64,000 nucleotides of DNA, taken from positions 152,909-216,908 of the forward strand of contig CAVGAA010000001.1 of NCBI GenBank assembly GCA_963627065.1, read 5' to 3'. This document shows positions 37,206 to 45,077 of this stretch, piece after piece. Position numbers and translations under genes: made by a program. The notes below the pieces were generated by a model. The model made no database searches and was not told the DNA's origin. It was given only the letters and a program-made list of their open reading frames with translations. Numbering within the stretch: the stretch's first letter is position 1; every line of letters starts with the position of its first letter. Origin of the DNA: a bacterium (lineage in GTDB: Bacteria > Bacillota > Clostridia > Oscillospirales > CAG-272).

Positions 37206-39763
37206 TGTGTAGCCTCTTGCGGAATTCTGCTGTCATGGCAGACAAGATACAGAATTTGCGTATTTTCGGAAAGTTTTTCAAGATACATCAGTGCGGTTTT
37301 TAGATTGTCGTCATCAAAATTGACGAACGGATCGTCCAGAATCAAGAACGGTTTTTCGTCACCGGTGAAAAGTGCATCGGTGAGGGCAAGTCTTGCACAG
37401 AACTGCATCAAATCTTTCGTTCCACGGCTTGCGTAGGCAAAATCGTGCGTGATTGCATTTTCACGGAGTGACAAAGCCATTTTTGAGTCGATTTTTGCTT
37501 TCAGATTTTCGTTTTTCCAAAGATTGTTCATATGTTTGGCAAACGCCGTCTGCATACCGTCCAAATATTTCGTATCGAGCGTTTCTTTTGCATTCTTTAA
37601 AAATTCGGCTGTTTTTTCAATCACTTCGAGATTTTCGAATGCGATATTGTAGTTGGTTTCGATGTCGGAAATTTCATCCATTAAATTCGGAATCTGTTCG
37701 GTTTGGTTTGCCAAAGTTGTCCATTGCTCATCGCAAGTTTTCTCATTTTTACGTGCGGCCGTTACCCGTTCCTGCAATTGTTCTTCATTCAAGTCGATTT
37801 CCGTAATCGGCGAGTCCAAAAGAGCTTTGTTTTTCTCACGGAATGTATTGAATTCGGATTTTTTCTCGACAATTTCGTTTGTCAACTGCCGATATTGCAT
37901 TGCAAGACTTTCCATTTGATGTTGCAGATTTTCGGGTTTGTTGCCGACAGGTTGTAAAAGCCTTTCAAAAAACGAACCCAATTCATTCTGTAACGATTTA
38001 CAGTGTTTTTCTAATTTTTCGGCATTTTTCGCCAGCTTTTGTTCTTTCAATCGCAAATTTTCAAGTTGATCGGCATCATTTTTTAACTTTGCAAGCAATA
38101 TCGGAAGTCGATCATACGAATTCGGCTTTTGAAAATCGAATTTCGCAAAAAATGAATCGATTGCTTGCAAAATTTCGGTGCGAGTCCGGTCAAAATCCTC
38201 TTTCTTTTGCCGATATGCAACCATTGATTTTTGATATTCCCGTGCATCGACACAATATTTTTGGAGTGTGGCAAGTTCCGCATAAGCGTTTCCGCCATTC
38301 GTATGCACGCCGTAGCGTGAGAGCATTGCAAAAATCGGTTTCAGAACATCTTCGGATTTTTCGACAGGTTCTTCCGGTTGACTTTGCATTTTTCCCTTGC
38401 CGAACAGGAACAGCAGAATTGAAAGAATCACCAAAGCACTACCGCCGACACCGCAGAAAACGGTTTTCATTGCAAACGCCAAAATCAAAAGACCGACACC
38501 ACCGACAAGTGAGAGCAGGGGAAAGACCGTGGGAATTTTGCGTTTGGCTTTCGGCTGAACTTTCGGCAATTCTTCCTGCCTTTTCAGTTGCTCGGCTTTA
38601 TCGATTTGTTCTTTTGCGTTTTGCAGTGTTTGGCTATTCGGAAGCCCGATATTGATAAGATTTTGAACGGCAGGCGACGTGGACGGAATATTCAACTTTC
38701 CGATTTCAATATCGGCTTTCCGCAAATCGCTGTCTAACCGGTCGGCACTGTCCCAATCTTCCGACGTCGGTATATTGAAAGGAAATTTAGCCGTCAATGC
38801 CTCTAACTGTGCTTTTTCTGTATCCGATAATTTCGCATGGTTCAGTTCTAATTGTTCGGAGCGGTGTTTCGTGAGTTTTTCTTGGTTTTCGACCAATTCT
38901 TCGTGTGTCGGAATGATGCCGTCACGGAAAGATTCGACAATTTTCTTTTGTGAGTCTTCTTTTTTTGCTAAATCGGTGACGTATTGGTTATAAACGGTAT
39001 GAGCGGACTGTTTTTTTGCGTTTTCGGTGCAGATTTTGTTATAGTCTTGCAATTCCTTTTCGGCATTGCCAAGTTCTGTCCTTGCTTTTTGCAGATTGGC
39101 TAAGGCATCTTTCTCGTCTTTTTGCATTTTTCGCAAATCAATCAATTGTCTTTTCTTCTCAGACAGTGTATTTTTTAAATCCGCAACCCGACCTTTTCCG
39201 CCTTTTAACTTATAAATCTGTCGCTTGCTATCGATGATTTTTTGTGCATCGTCGTAATTGCCGATGTCATCCGGATTTTCGATCAATCCCGACAACTTTG
39301 CACGGACACTATCGTTGTCTTTTGTTGAGTCGATTGAATGCTCCGAGAGGAAAAGACTCCGTTCAAAACCGTCGGCATCGATTTCGAATAGGGCATCGCC
39401 GAGATTTGTTTTGTCAAATACATCCGATTCCAAGCCGGATGACAAATCGAAAAGTCTGAATGTGTCGCCGGATTCTTTTTCTGCAAAAGTCCGTTCGATA
39501 CGAAAACGACCTTTTTTGCATTCGAATTCAATTGCACCGCCGTATGCACCGCCGTTCCAAGGCGTATATTTTTTGCGTTCGTTTTCGTCAAGATTTTTTG
39601 AACGGCTTGTGGGGTTGCCGTAAAACATTGTCTTGATAAAGACCGTCAATGTGCTTTTTCCCCAGCCGTTTTCGTGACAGAGAATATTCAATCCGTCCGT
39701 AAAATTATGCGTATAGTTGTGGAGCTTTCCGAAGTCTTGAATTTCGATTCTTTTGATTTTCAT
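37202..39763 (-). CDS. yhaN: SMC/Rad50-like AAA ATPase (YhaN/SbcE-like) with a central membrane hairpin
   Basis: Walker A ENGWGKST. Long Lys/Glu-rich coiled coils. Two adjacent TM helices (IPTVFPLLSLVGGVGLLILAFAM / VFCGVGGSALVILSILLFLF). Signature-like SRGTKD. Walker B FLILDDPF. Start at Met 39763 (MKIKRIEIQDFGKL), ATGA-coupled to the upstream gene. Confidence 0.8.
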   Translation of the reverse strand: MKIKRIEIQDFGKLHNYTHNFTDGLNILCHENGWGKSTLTVFIKTMFYGNPTSRSKNLDENERKKYTPWNGGAYGGAIEFECKKGRFRIERTFAEKESGDTFRLFDLSSGLESDVFDKTNLGDALFEIDADGFERSLFLSEHSIDSTKDNDSVRAKLSGLIENPDDIGNYDDAQKIIDSKRQIYKLKGGKGRVADLKNTLSEKKRQLIDLRKMQKDEKDALANLQKARTELGNAEKELQDYNKICTENAKKQSAHTVYNQYVTDLAKKEDSQKKIVESFRDGIIPTHEELVENQEKLTKHRSEQLELNHAKLSDTEKAQLEALTAKFPFNIPTSEDWDSADRLDSDLRKADIEIGKLNIPSTSPAVQNLINIGLPNSQTLQNAKEQIDKAEQLKRQEELPKVQPKAKRKIPTVFPLLSLVGGVGLLILAFAMKTVFCGVGGSALVILSILLFLFGKGKMQSQPEEPVEKSEDVLKPIFAMLSRYGVHTNGGNAYAELATLQKYCVDAREYQKSMVAYRQKKEDFDRTRTEILQAIDSFFAKFDFQKPNSYDRLPILLAKLKNDADQLENLRLKEQKLAKNAEKLEKHCKSLQNELGSFFERLLQPVGNKPENLQHQMESLAMQYRQLTNEIVEKKSEFNTFREKNKALLDSPITEIDLNEEQLQERVTAARKNEKTCDEQWTTLANQTEQIPNLMDEISDIETNYNIAFENLEVIEKTAEFLKNAKETLDTKYLDGMQTAFAKHMNNLWKNENLKAKIDSKMALSLRENAITHDFAYASRGTKDLMQFCARLALTDALFTGDEKPFLILDDPFVNFDDDNLKTALMYLEKLSENTQILYLVCHDSRIPQEATQ

Positions 39764-40815
39764 AGGTCTAACTCCTCCCCACGCAATGCACGGATTCCGC
39801 ACAGAATGACACGTTCTTTTGTTTTTTCGTCCAATTCGGATGCAAGTACTTGTCGAACGAATTCGCCTTTGAGCGAAATGTCGTTGGCATAATCCGCAGG
39901 ATTGATTGCAAGCGTCGTTTCGTCCTTGATCCGCAACAGTGCAAACCGATCATGCAATGCACTTTCCAGTGCGGAAATGTCCGGTTTATCGTCAATCGAT
40001 ACGGAACCCGTTAAAATGAGCCGACAAAAATCGTTTTTGTCAATGTCTTTCGTTTCATCCGCTACTAAATTCTCCGTGTCAAAAGTCCCGTGACAGTTAC
40101 CGATATCGACACGTCTTTCAAAAAATGTATGCGGTGCAAACGGTACAAACCGATGCCCGATTTTCGAACCGTTCACCTCAATCTCGATATAGCCTTTTTG
40201 ACCGCATTCGTCAAAGCCACGTCCCATTAAACAACCGGAATAGCAGGCAACGCCTCTCGCATCGATTTGAAATTCTTTTCGTTCGTGAATATGCCCCATT
40301 GCAAGGTAGTCGATATTTTTGTCCCGCAGTTTGCGGAGCGAAACGGCATACTCGCCTTTTCCGTTTCCGTCGACTTGACCGTGCAGAAGCACGATGTTAA
40401 CGGTGTCGGTGGGGAGTTTCAGATTGTCTTGATTCGGTTCGCTACCTCCGGCAATACGGATATTATCAATTTTATAGTATTTCCAACTTTTGCCGAAGAG
40501 GTGCAAATTTTCCGGCAAGTCATCAATTCCGGAAAATCCGTTTTCATCATGATTTCCTGCAAGGTAATAAATGCCGAGATCCGGATATTTACGGAACAAA
40601 TCCAACACATAGCGAACCGTTTTCGCAGATGTGCAATTTGAATCGAATAAGTCGCCCGAAATTAGCAAGCCGTCAAAACCGTTCTCGTCGGCAAACCGCA
40701 CAAGCCGAGCAAAATTATTCAAAACTTCCTGCCGATAGGCTTTTGCATCTCCTGCCGAAAATACCGAGCGAAGCGGAGCATCCAAATGAATGTCGGCACA
40801 GTGAATGAATCGCAT
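39760..40815 (-). CDS. yhaO: Mre11/SbcD-like metallophosphoesterase (YhaO/SbcF-like)
   Basis: Calcineurin-type motifs CADIHLD, SGDLFD, GNHD, LLHG and GHIH. Confidence 0.85.
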   Translation of the reverse strand: MRFIHCADIHLDAPLRSVFSAGDAKAYRQEVLNNFARLVRFADENGFDGLLISGDLFDSNCTSAKTVRYVLDLFRKYPDLGIYYLAGNHDENGFSGIDDLPENLHLFGKSWKYYKIDNIRIAGGSEPNQDNLKLPTDTVNIVLLHGQVDGNGKGEYAVSLRKLRDKNIDYLAMGHIHERKEFQIDARGVACYSGCLMGRGFDECGQKGYIEIEVNGSKIGHRFVPFAPHTFFERRVDIGNCHGTFDTENLVADETKDIDKNDFCRLILTGSVSIDDKPDISALESALHDRFALLRIKDETTLAINPADYANDISLKGEFVRQVLASELDEKTKERVILCGIRALRGEELDL

Positions 40816-40844
40816 AATGACCTCCCGAAATGTATATGATATAT

Positions 40845-40873
40845 ATTATACCATATCTTTTCAAAAAATAAAA
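40845..40873 (-). promoter_or_regulatory. candidate promoter of the yhaO-yhaN-HAD operon
   Basis: On the minus strand: TTTTAT (weak -35), 17 nt spacer, TATAAT with a TGG extended -10. Confidence 0.4.
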
Positions 40874-40903
40874 GGGGAAAACAAATGATTTTTTTACTTT
40901 TCC

Positions 40904-40932
40904 TTGACAATCGGGCAAAAGTGTGGTATACT
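40904..40932 (+). promoter_or_regulatory. sigma-A type promoter (small ORF plus GH20)
   Basis: TTGACA, 17 nt spacer, TATACT preceded by TGTGG. Confidence 0.5.
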
Positions 40933-40999
40933 TATAATGCGATTTTATCGGTATTGACTTTTGATACTTATTTTTTTGATTTTTAGGAGGATGAAAGAA

Positions 41000-41311
41000 A
41001 TGGCAGAAGATGTACGTCCGCTTGTAAACGGCACTTATCTGGAATATATGGGACGACCGCTTGTACGTCAGGAGGACACAATTGTTTACGGTGATATGAG
41101 CGAAAAATGCGTTTTGATTTTAGAGATTATGTCTAAAAACAAGGAAACCGGTTTGCCGGAAAACGTCTTGGTCCAGTTGGTTGATTCCAAAGATATGAAT
41201 AAAATAATAAGGCAGACTTCCAAAAGAGGACTGCACGATGCATTTACGTTGGGATGTGTTTGGCTTGAAAGAGAACTGCAAAACGATGCACCCGCAAAAC
41301 CGCAAAAATAA
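41000..41311 (+). CDS. hypothetical protein (103 aa)
   Basis: AGGAGG lies 9 nt upstream of ATG 41000. The earlier ATG at 40991 abuts the RBS. No TM segment, no motif recognised. Confidence 0.45.
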   Translation: MAEDVRPLVNGTYLEYMGRPLVRQEDTIVYGDMSEKCVLILEIMSKNKETGLPENVLVQLVDSKDMNKIIRQTSKRGLHDAFTLGCVWLERELQNDAPAKPQK

Positions 41312-41357
41312 ACCGAAACAATTCAATATTCGAAATATCAATTGAGAGGAATTACTT

Positions 41358-43220
41358 ATGCAAATCGTTCACTTTACAAATTTACCCGAAGAATTAAAAG
41401 CACCTGTTGCCGAGTACTGCTCCGACATCGGTTTGACGGTGTCAAGCAATGCGAAAGTTTCCGTTACCTGTAATACCGGTGATTATCTCGGCGTTGAGGG
41501 GACGGGAGGTGCCGTCACGGTGACCTATCACAAAAAATGTGAACTTTTCCGTGCGTTGAGTTATCTGCCGACATTTCTCAAAGACGGCAAGCAGGTTAAG
41601 GAAAACGCAAACTATCGACTGCTGTCTTATATGGCAGACTGTTCGAGAAATGCTGTCCTGAACATTCCGTTTGCAAAGCAAATGATTCGCAACCTTGCCG
41701 GAATGGGCTATACTTCAATGATGCTCTATACCGAGGATACCTACGAATTGCCGGATTATCCGTATTTCGGTTATCAGCGTGGCAGATATACCGCAAAAGA
41801 ATTGCGTGAATTGGACGATTATGCAGATTCTTTCGGCATTGAGTTGATTCCTTGCATTCAGGCATTGGCACACCTTGAAACCGCTTTGCGTTGGCCTGAT
41901 TTTGCAGGTTTCACCGATACGGGTGATATTCTTATGGTCGGTGACGACAGAACTTACAAATTTATCGAATCGGCACTCAAACAATGTGCATCCTGCTTCC
42001 GTTCACGCAGAATCAATCTCGGCATGGATGAGGCACATATGCTCGGTTGCGGTCAGTACCTCAAACGCAACGGTTATAAGAACCCTTCCGACATTATGCT
42101 TGCACACCTTGACCGAGTGATGGAAATCTGCCGTGAAATCGGCTTCCGACCGATGATTTGGAGCGATATGTTCTTCCGCATGGCATTCGGCGGTGCTTAT
42201 TACAACAGAACCGGTGAAATTTCGAAAGATGTCATCGATCGCGTTCCGGAAGGACTTTCACTTGTATACTGGGATTATTACACGACCGACCGTGAACTTT
42301 GCGACCACATGATGAAATGTCACAAAGATTTCCACAATCCCGTTCTCTTTGCGGGCGGTGCTTGGAAATGGCACGGTTTCGGGGCTCACAACGCATTTTC
42401 GCTCAAATCTTCCGAAATTCAACTCGATACCTGCGAAAAATACGGTGTCGATGAAATTCTCGTGACCGGTTGGGGCGACGACGGCGGAGAGGCATCGCAG
42501 GTTTCCGCTCTCGCATCGATTCTTTATTTTGCGGAACGTTGCTATCACGGAAAGACCGATTCTTCATGGCTCGATGTCCGTGCAAAACAGTGTTTTGACA
42601 CATCACTCGAAGATTTGTTGGCATTCGACCTGCCGAACGCACTGCCTGAATGTTCCGTGGATGTTGTCGGCGGTCCTCACGCACCGGCAAAGACTTTGCT
42701 CTTCAACGATCCGCTTGAAAGGCTTGCTGACCGCCACATCGTCAGAGCAACCGTTGCACACGAATATCACGAAAGAGCCGAAAAACTGCTCGCACTCGCC
42801 GAAAATCCGAAATTCGGTTACGGTTTCGAGGCACTCGGGAAACTCTGCTCGGTTCTGGAATTCAAAGCAACCTTAGGTTTGGACCTTTGCGATGCATACA
42901 AAAATGGCGATAAAGCAACGATGAAAAAGATTGCGGACGAAACCATTCCGGAGATTTTGAGCCGTTTGGATGCATTTTTGGTGTCCTTCCGCCGTCAATG
43001 GTATTATGAAAATAAAACATTCGGTTTCTCAACGCAGGAGTTGCGAATCGGCGGTTTGAAAGAACGGCTGTTGTCGACTGTTGCAAGACTGCACGCATAC
43101 CTCGCAGGCGAATGTGAACATATTGAAGAACTCGAGCAGGAAGCATTGCCGTTCAGAAAAGGCGATGACGGAACGTACACCGGACATTTGCGGTGGGATT
43201 CAATGCACCCCGGTATCTGA
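41358..43220 (+). CDS. GH20-family beta-N-acetylhexosaminidase-like protein
   Basis: (beta/alpha)8-type segment MLYTEDTYE...ELIPCIQALAHLE and a catalytic Asp-Glu pair in INLGMDEAH (canonical H-x-G-G-D-E). No signal peptide. Confidence 0.7.
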   Translation: MQIVHFTNLPEELKAPVAEYCSDIGLTVSSNAKVSVTCNTGDYLGVEGTGGAVTVTYHKKCELFRALSYLPTFLKDGKQVKENANYRLLSYMADCSRNAVLNIPFAKQMIRNLAGMGYTSMMLYTEDTYELPDYPYFGYQRGRYTAKELRELDDYADSFGIELIPCIQALAHLETALRWPDFAGFTDTGDILMVGDDRTYKFIESALKQCASCFRSRRINLGMDEAHMLGCGQYLKRNGYKNPSDIMLAHLDRVMEICREIGFRPMIWSDMFFRMAFGGAYYNRTGEISKDVIDRVPEGLSLVYWDYYTTDRELCDHMMKCHKDFHNPVLFAGGAWKWHGFGAHNAFSLKSSEIQLDTCEKYGVDEILVTGWGDDGGEASQVSALASILYFAERCYHGKTDSSWLDVRAKQCFDTSLEDLLAFDLPNALPECSVDVVGGPHAPAKTLLFNDPLERLADRHIVRATVAHEYHERAEKLLALAENPKFGYGFEALGKLCSVLEFKATLGLDLCDAYKNGDKATMKKIADETIPEILSRLDAFLVSFRRQWYYENKTFGFSTQELRIGGLKERLLSTVARLHAYLAGECEHIEELEQEALPFRKGDDGTYTGHLRWDSMHPGI

Positions 43221-43296
43221 TAAAAAATCGTCTTTGACCTAATTGTAAATATTCTGTAAATATCACGCATCCTCTCCAACAATTTTTGATTAACGC

Positions 43297-43325
43297 TTGA
43301 CAAGTTGTGATAAATATGTTACAAT
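43297..43325 (+). promoter_or_regulatory. sigma-A type promoter (TetR gene)
   Basis: TTGACA, 17 nt spacer, TACAAT with a TGT extended -10. Confidence 0.6.
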
Positions 43326-43372
43326 ATATTTGTATGAAATGCGTTATTAAAAATCATGGGGAGGATTTTTAA

Positions 43373-43945
43373 ATGGCAAGAAGGCAAAAATTTGAAGGCG
43401 GAACAAGAAACCGGATTATCGAAGTCGGTGCAAAAATGTTCCTTGAAAACGGGTATGATGGAGCAGGCATTCGTGCAATTATGCTCGAAGTCGGGGCTGA
43501 TGTCGGCGTTTTCTATTATTATTTTCCGTCAAAAGACGAACTGTTCAATGCGGTACTTGATTACTTGTTGAACCCTTACAAGCCTCATTTGGAAGAACTG
43601 GTTGACGAGGCAGAGGAAAATCCGCTCGAAGGACTGTTCAGTCTCTACAAGTACTTGCGTGAAGCATCTGTCGAATTCCATTCAAAATACGGAGAAAATC
43701 TGCACCGTTCGGTCAAATGGTCCATTAGGGAGCACGCACTCGAAATTATAGAACCCTATACCGAGGAAATCATTTCCATGATCGTCGAGCGGGGAGCGAA
43801 TCCCGTTATGGACATCCATACGTCCGCCGTTTATCTCGCACATGCACTCGGCAGTTGCCTTTTGAGTGACGATGTCGCATGGGTAAATGTCGCAAGACCG
43901 CAACTTATTGAATCCGTCAAAGTCTTAATGGGACTGAAAAACTAA
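43373..43945 (+). CDS. TetR/AcrR-family transcriptional regulator
   Basis: N-terminal TetR HTH (RNRIIEVGAKMFLENGYDGAGIRAIMLEVGADVGVFYYYFPSKDELF). Confidence 0.85.
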   Translation: MARRQKFEGGTRNRIIEVGAKMFLENGYDGAGIRAIMLEVGADVGVFYYYFPSKDELFNAVLDYLLNPYKPHLEELVDEAEENPLEGLFSLYKYLREASVEFHSKYGENLHRSVKWSIREHALEIIEPYTEEIISMIVERGANPVMDIHTSAVYLAHALGSCLLSDDVAWVNVARPQLIESVKVLMGLKN

Positions 43946-43961
43946 ATTTGATTGTCTTATG

Positions 43962-43995
43962 AAAAAAGAAGGAGCTTTTATGCTCCTTCTTTTTC
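43962..43995. terminator. bidirectional rho-independent terminator between the convergent TetR and AraC genes
   Basis: Stem aaaaagaaggagc / gctccttcttttt. Confidence 0.7.
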
Positions 43996-44900
43996 TATAT
44001 ATTCGACCGCTTTCTTGACACTTGCCTGAATTCGGACGGCGACATATGAAGACGCTTGCGGAAAACCGAACGGAAGAATTTCAAATCACTGTAACCGCAG
44101 TCACCGGCGATTTCTTCCACACTTTTCTCACTGTCCGAGAGCAGGTGACATGCCTGTGCAATTCGCAGATTTTGCAGGTATCGCCCGAACGAAACGCCCA
44201 ATTTTTTCGTAAACAAAGTCGAAATGTAGGACGGCGTGTACCCAATCTTTTTGCCGAGTGCAACAAGCGTAATAGGCTCGGAATAATGCTCGCCCAAATA
44301 ATTGAGAATCGGGCAGAGAATTCTGTCATCGCACTCCGAATTGTCCGAGTGACGATATATTTTCCGTAAAGTCAAAATCAAAAGTTCCGTGAGATATGCT
44401 CTGAGCAATTCGGTCCGTTTCGGTTGCGTACCTTGATATTCCGAATTCATGCGTTCGGTCAGGTATCGGACCTCGCCGGTATCATCGTGAAAAATGACGC
44501 TGGTAGGGGATGCCAACAGATTGAAATAGTTGCAACCGATTCCCGAAAATGCGACAAGATCCGGAAAGCCTCTGCAATCTTTCAAAGACGGTTCTAAAAA
44601 TTCGGGTTTGAAAAGCAGATTGAGAACCGAAAAGGAATTTTCGCCGTCCGGAGAATATTTGTGTGCCTCGCCGTAATCAATCATAAAGAAATCGCCCGAA
44701 TGCACCTGAACGGACTTGTTGTTAAAATACTGAATTGCACTGCCCGAGAGAACATAAGCAAATTCCAAAAAATCATGCCTATGGTAAACGGTGTTATTAT
44801 CGTCCGAAACATTTACGGAAATCGGCTCATTCGATAAAAAACGATGTCCGCTGAGCGATTCTATCAAATAAAGCACCTTCTTTCGACTTTGATTACTCAA
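43995..44900 (-). CDS. AraC-family transcriptional regulator (cupin sensor plus dual HTH)
   Basis: Cupin-like N-domain (HRHDFLEFAYVLSG). C-terminal AraC HTH (ISTLFTKKLGVSFGRYLQNLRIAQACHLL ... GYSDLKFFRSVFRKRLHMSPSEFR). The first codon of the ORF is TTG, and the start is uncertain. Confidence 0.85.
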   Translation of the reverse strand: MSNQSRKKVLYLIESLSGHRFLSNEPISVNVSDDNNTVYHRHDFLEFAYVLSGSAIQYFNNKSVQVHSGDFFMIDYGEAHKYSPDGENSFSVLNLLFKPEFLEPSLKDCRGFPDLVAFSGIGCNYFNLLASPTSVIFHDDTGEVRYLTERMNSEYQGTQPKRTELLRAYLTELLILTLRKIYRHSDNSECDDRILCPILNYLGEHYSEPITLVALGKKIGYTPSYISTLFTKKLGVSFGRYLQNLRIAQACHLLSDSEKSVEEIAGDCGYSDLKFFRSVFRKRLHMSPSEFRQVSRKRSNI

Positions 44901-44908
44901 CCGCTATT

Positions 44909-44937
44909 ATTTTACCACAGAAAAGATGAAAAATCAA
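44909..44937 (-). promoter_or_regulatory. sigma-A type promoter of the AraC gene (near-leaderless geometry)
   Basis: On the minus strand: TTGATT, 17 nt spacer, TAAAAT preceded by TGTGG. The -10 box ends only 8 nt before the TTG at 44900. Confidence 0.5.
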
Positions 44938-45009
44938 GTGAAAGAGGGAAAATAAGTAAAAATCGGAGCTTCCATGTGATTGAATAAATTATTTTTAATT
45001 CCATTTATC

Positions 45010-45038
45010 TTGACAAATGCCGTGCGATGTGGTATAAT
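45010..45038 (+). promoter_or_regulatory. sigma-A type promoter (glycyl-radical-enzyme homologue)
   Basis: TTGACA, 17 nt spacer, TATAAT preceded by TGTGG. Confidence 0.65.
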
Positions 45039-45077
45039 AGTCATGTAAAATTATCGATAATGAGGTGACAAACCCGA

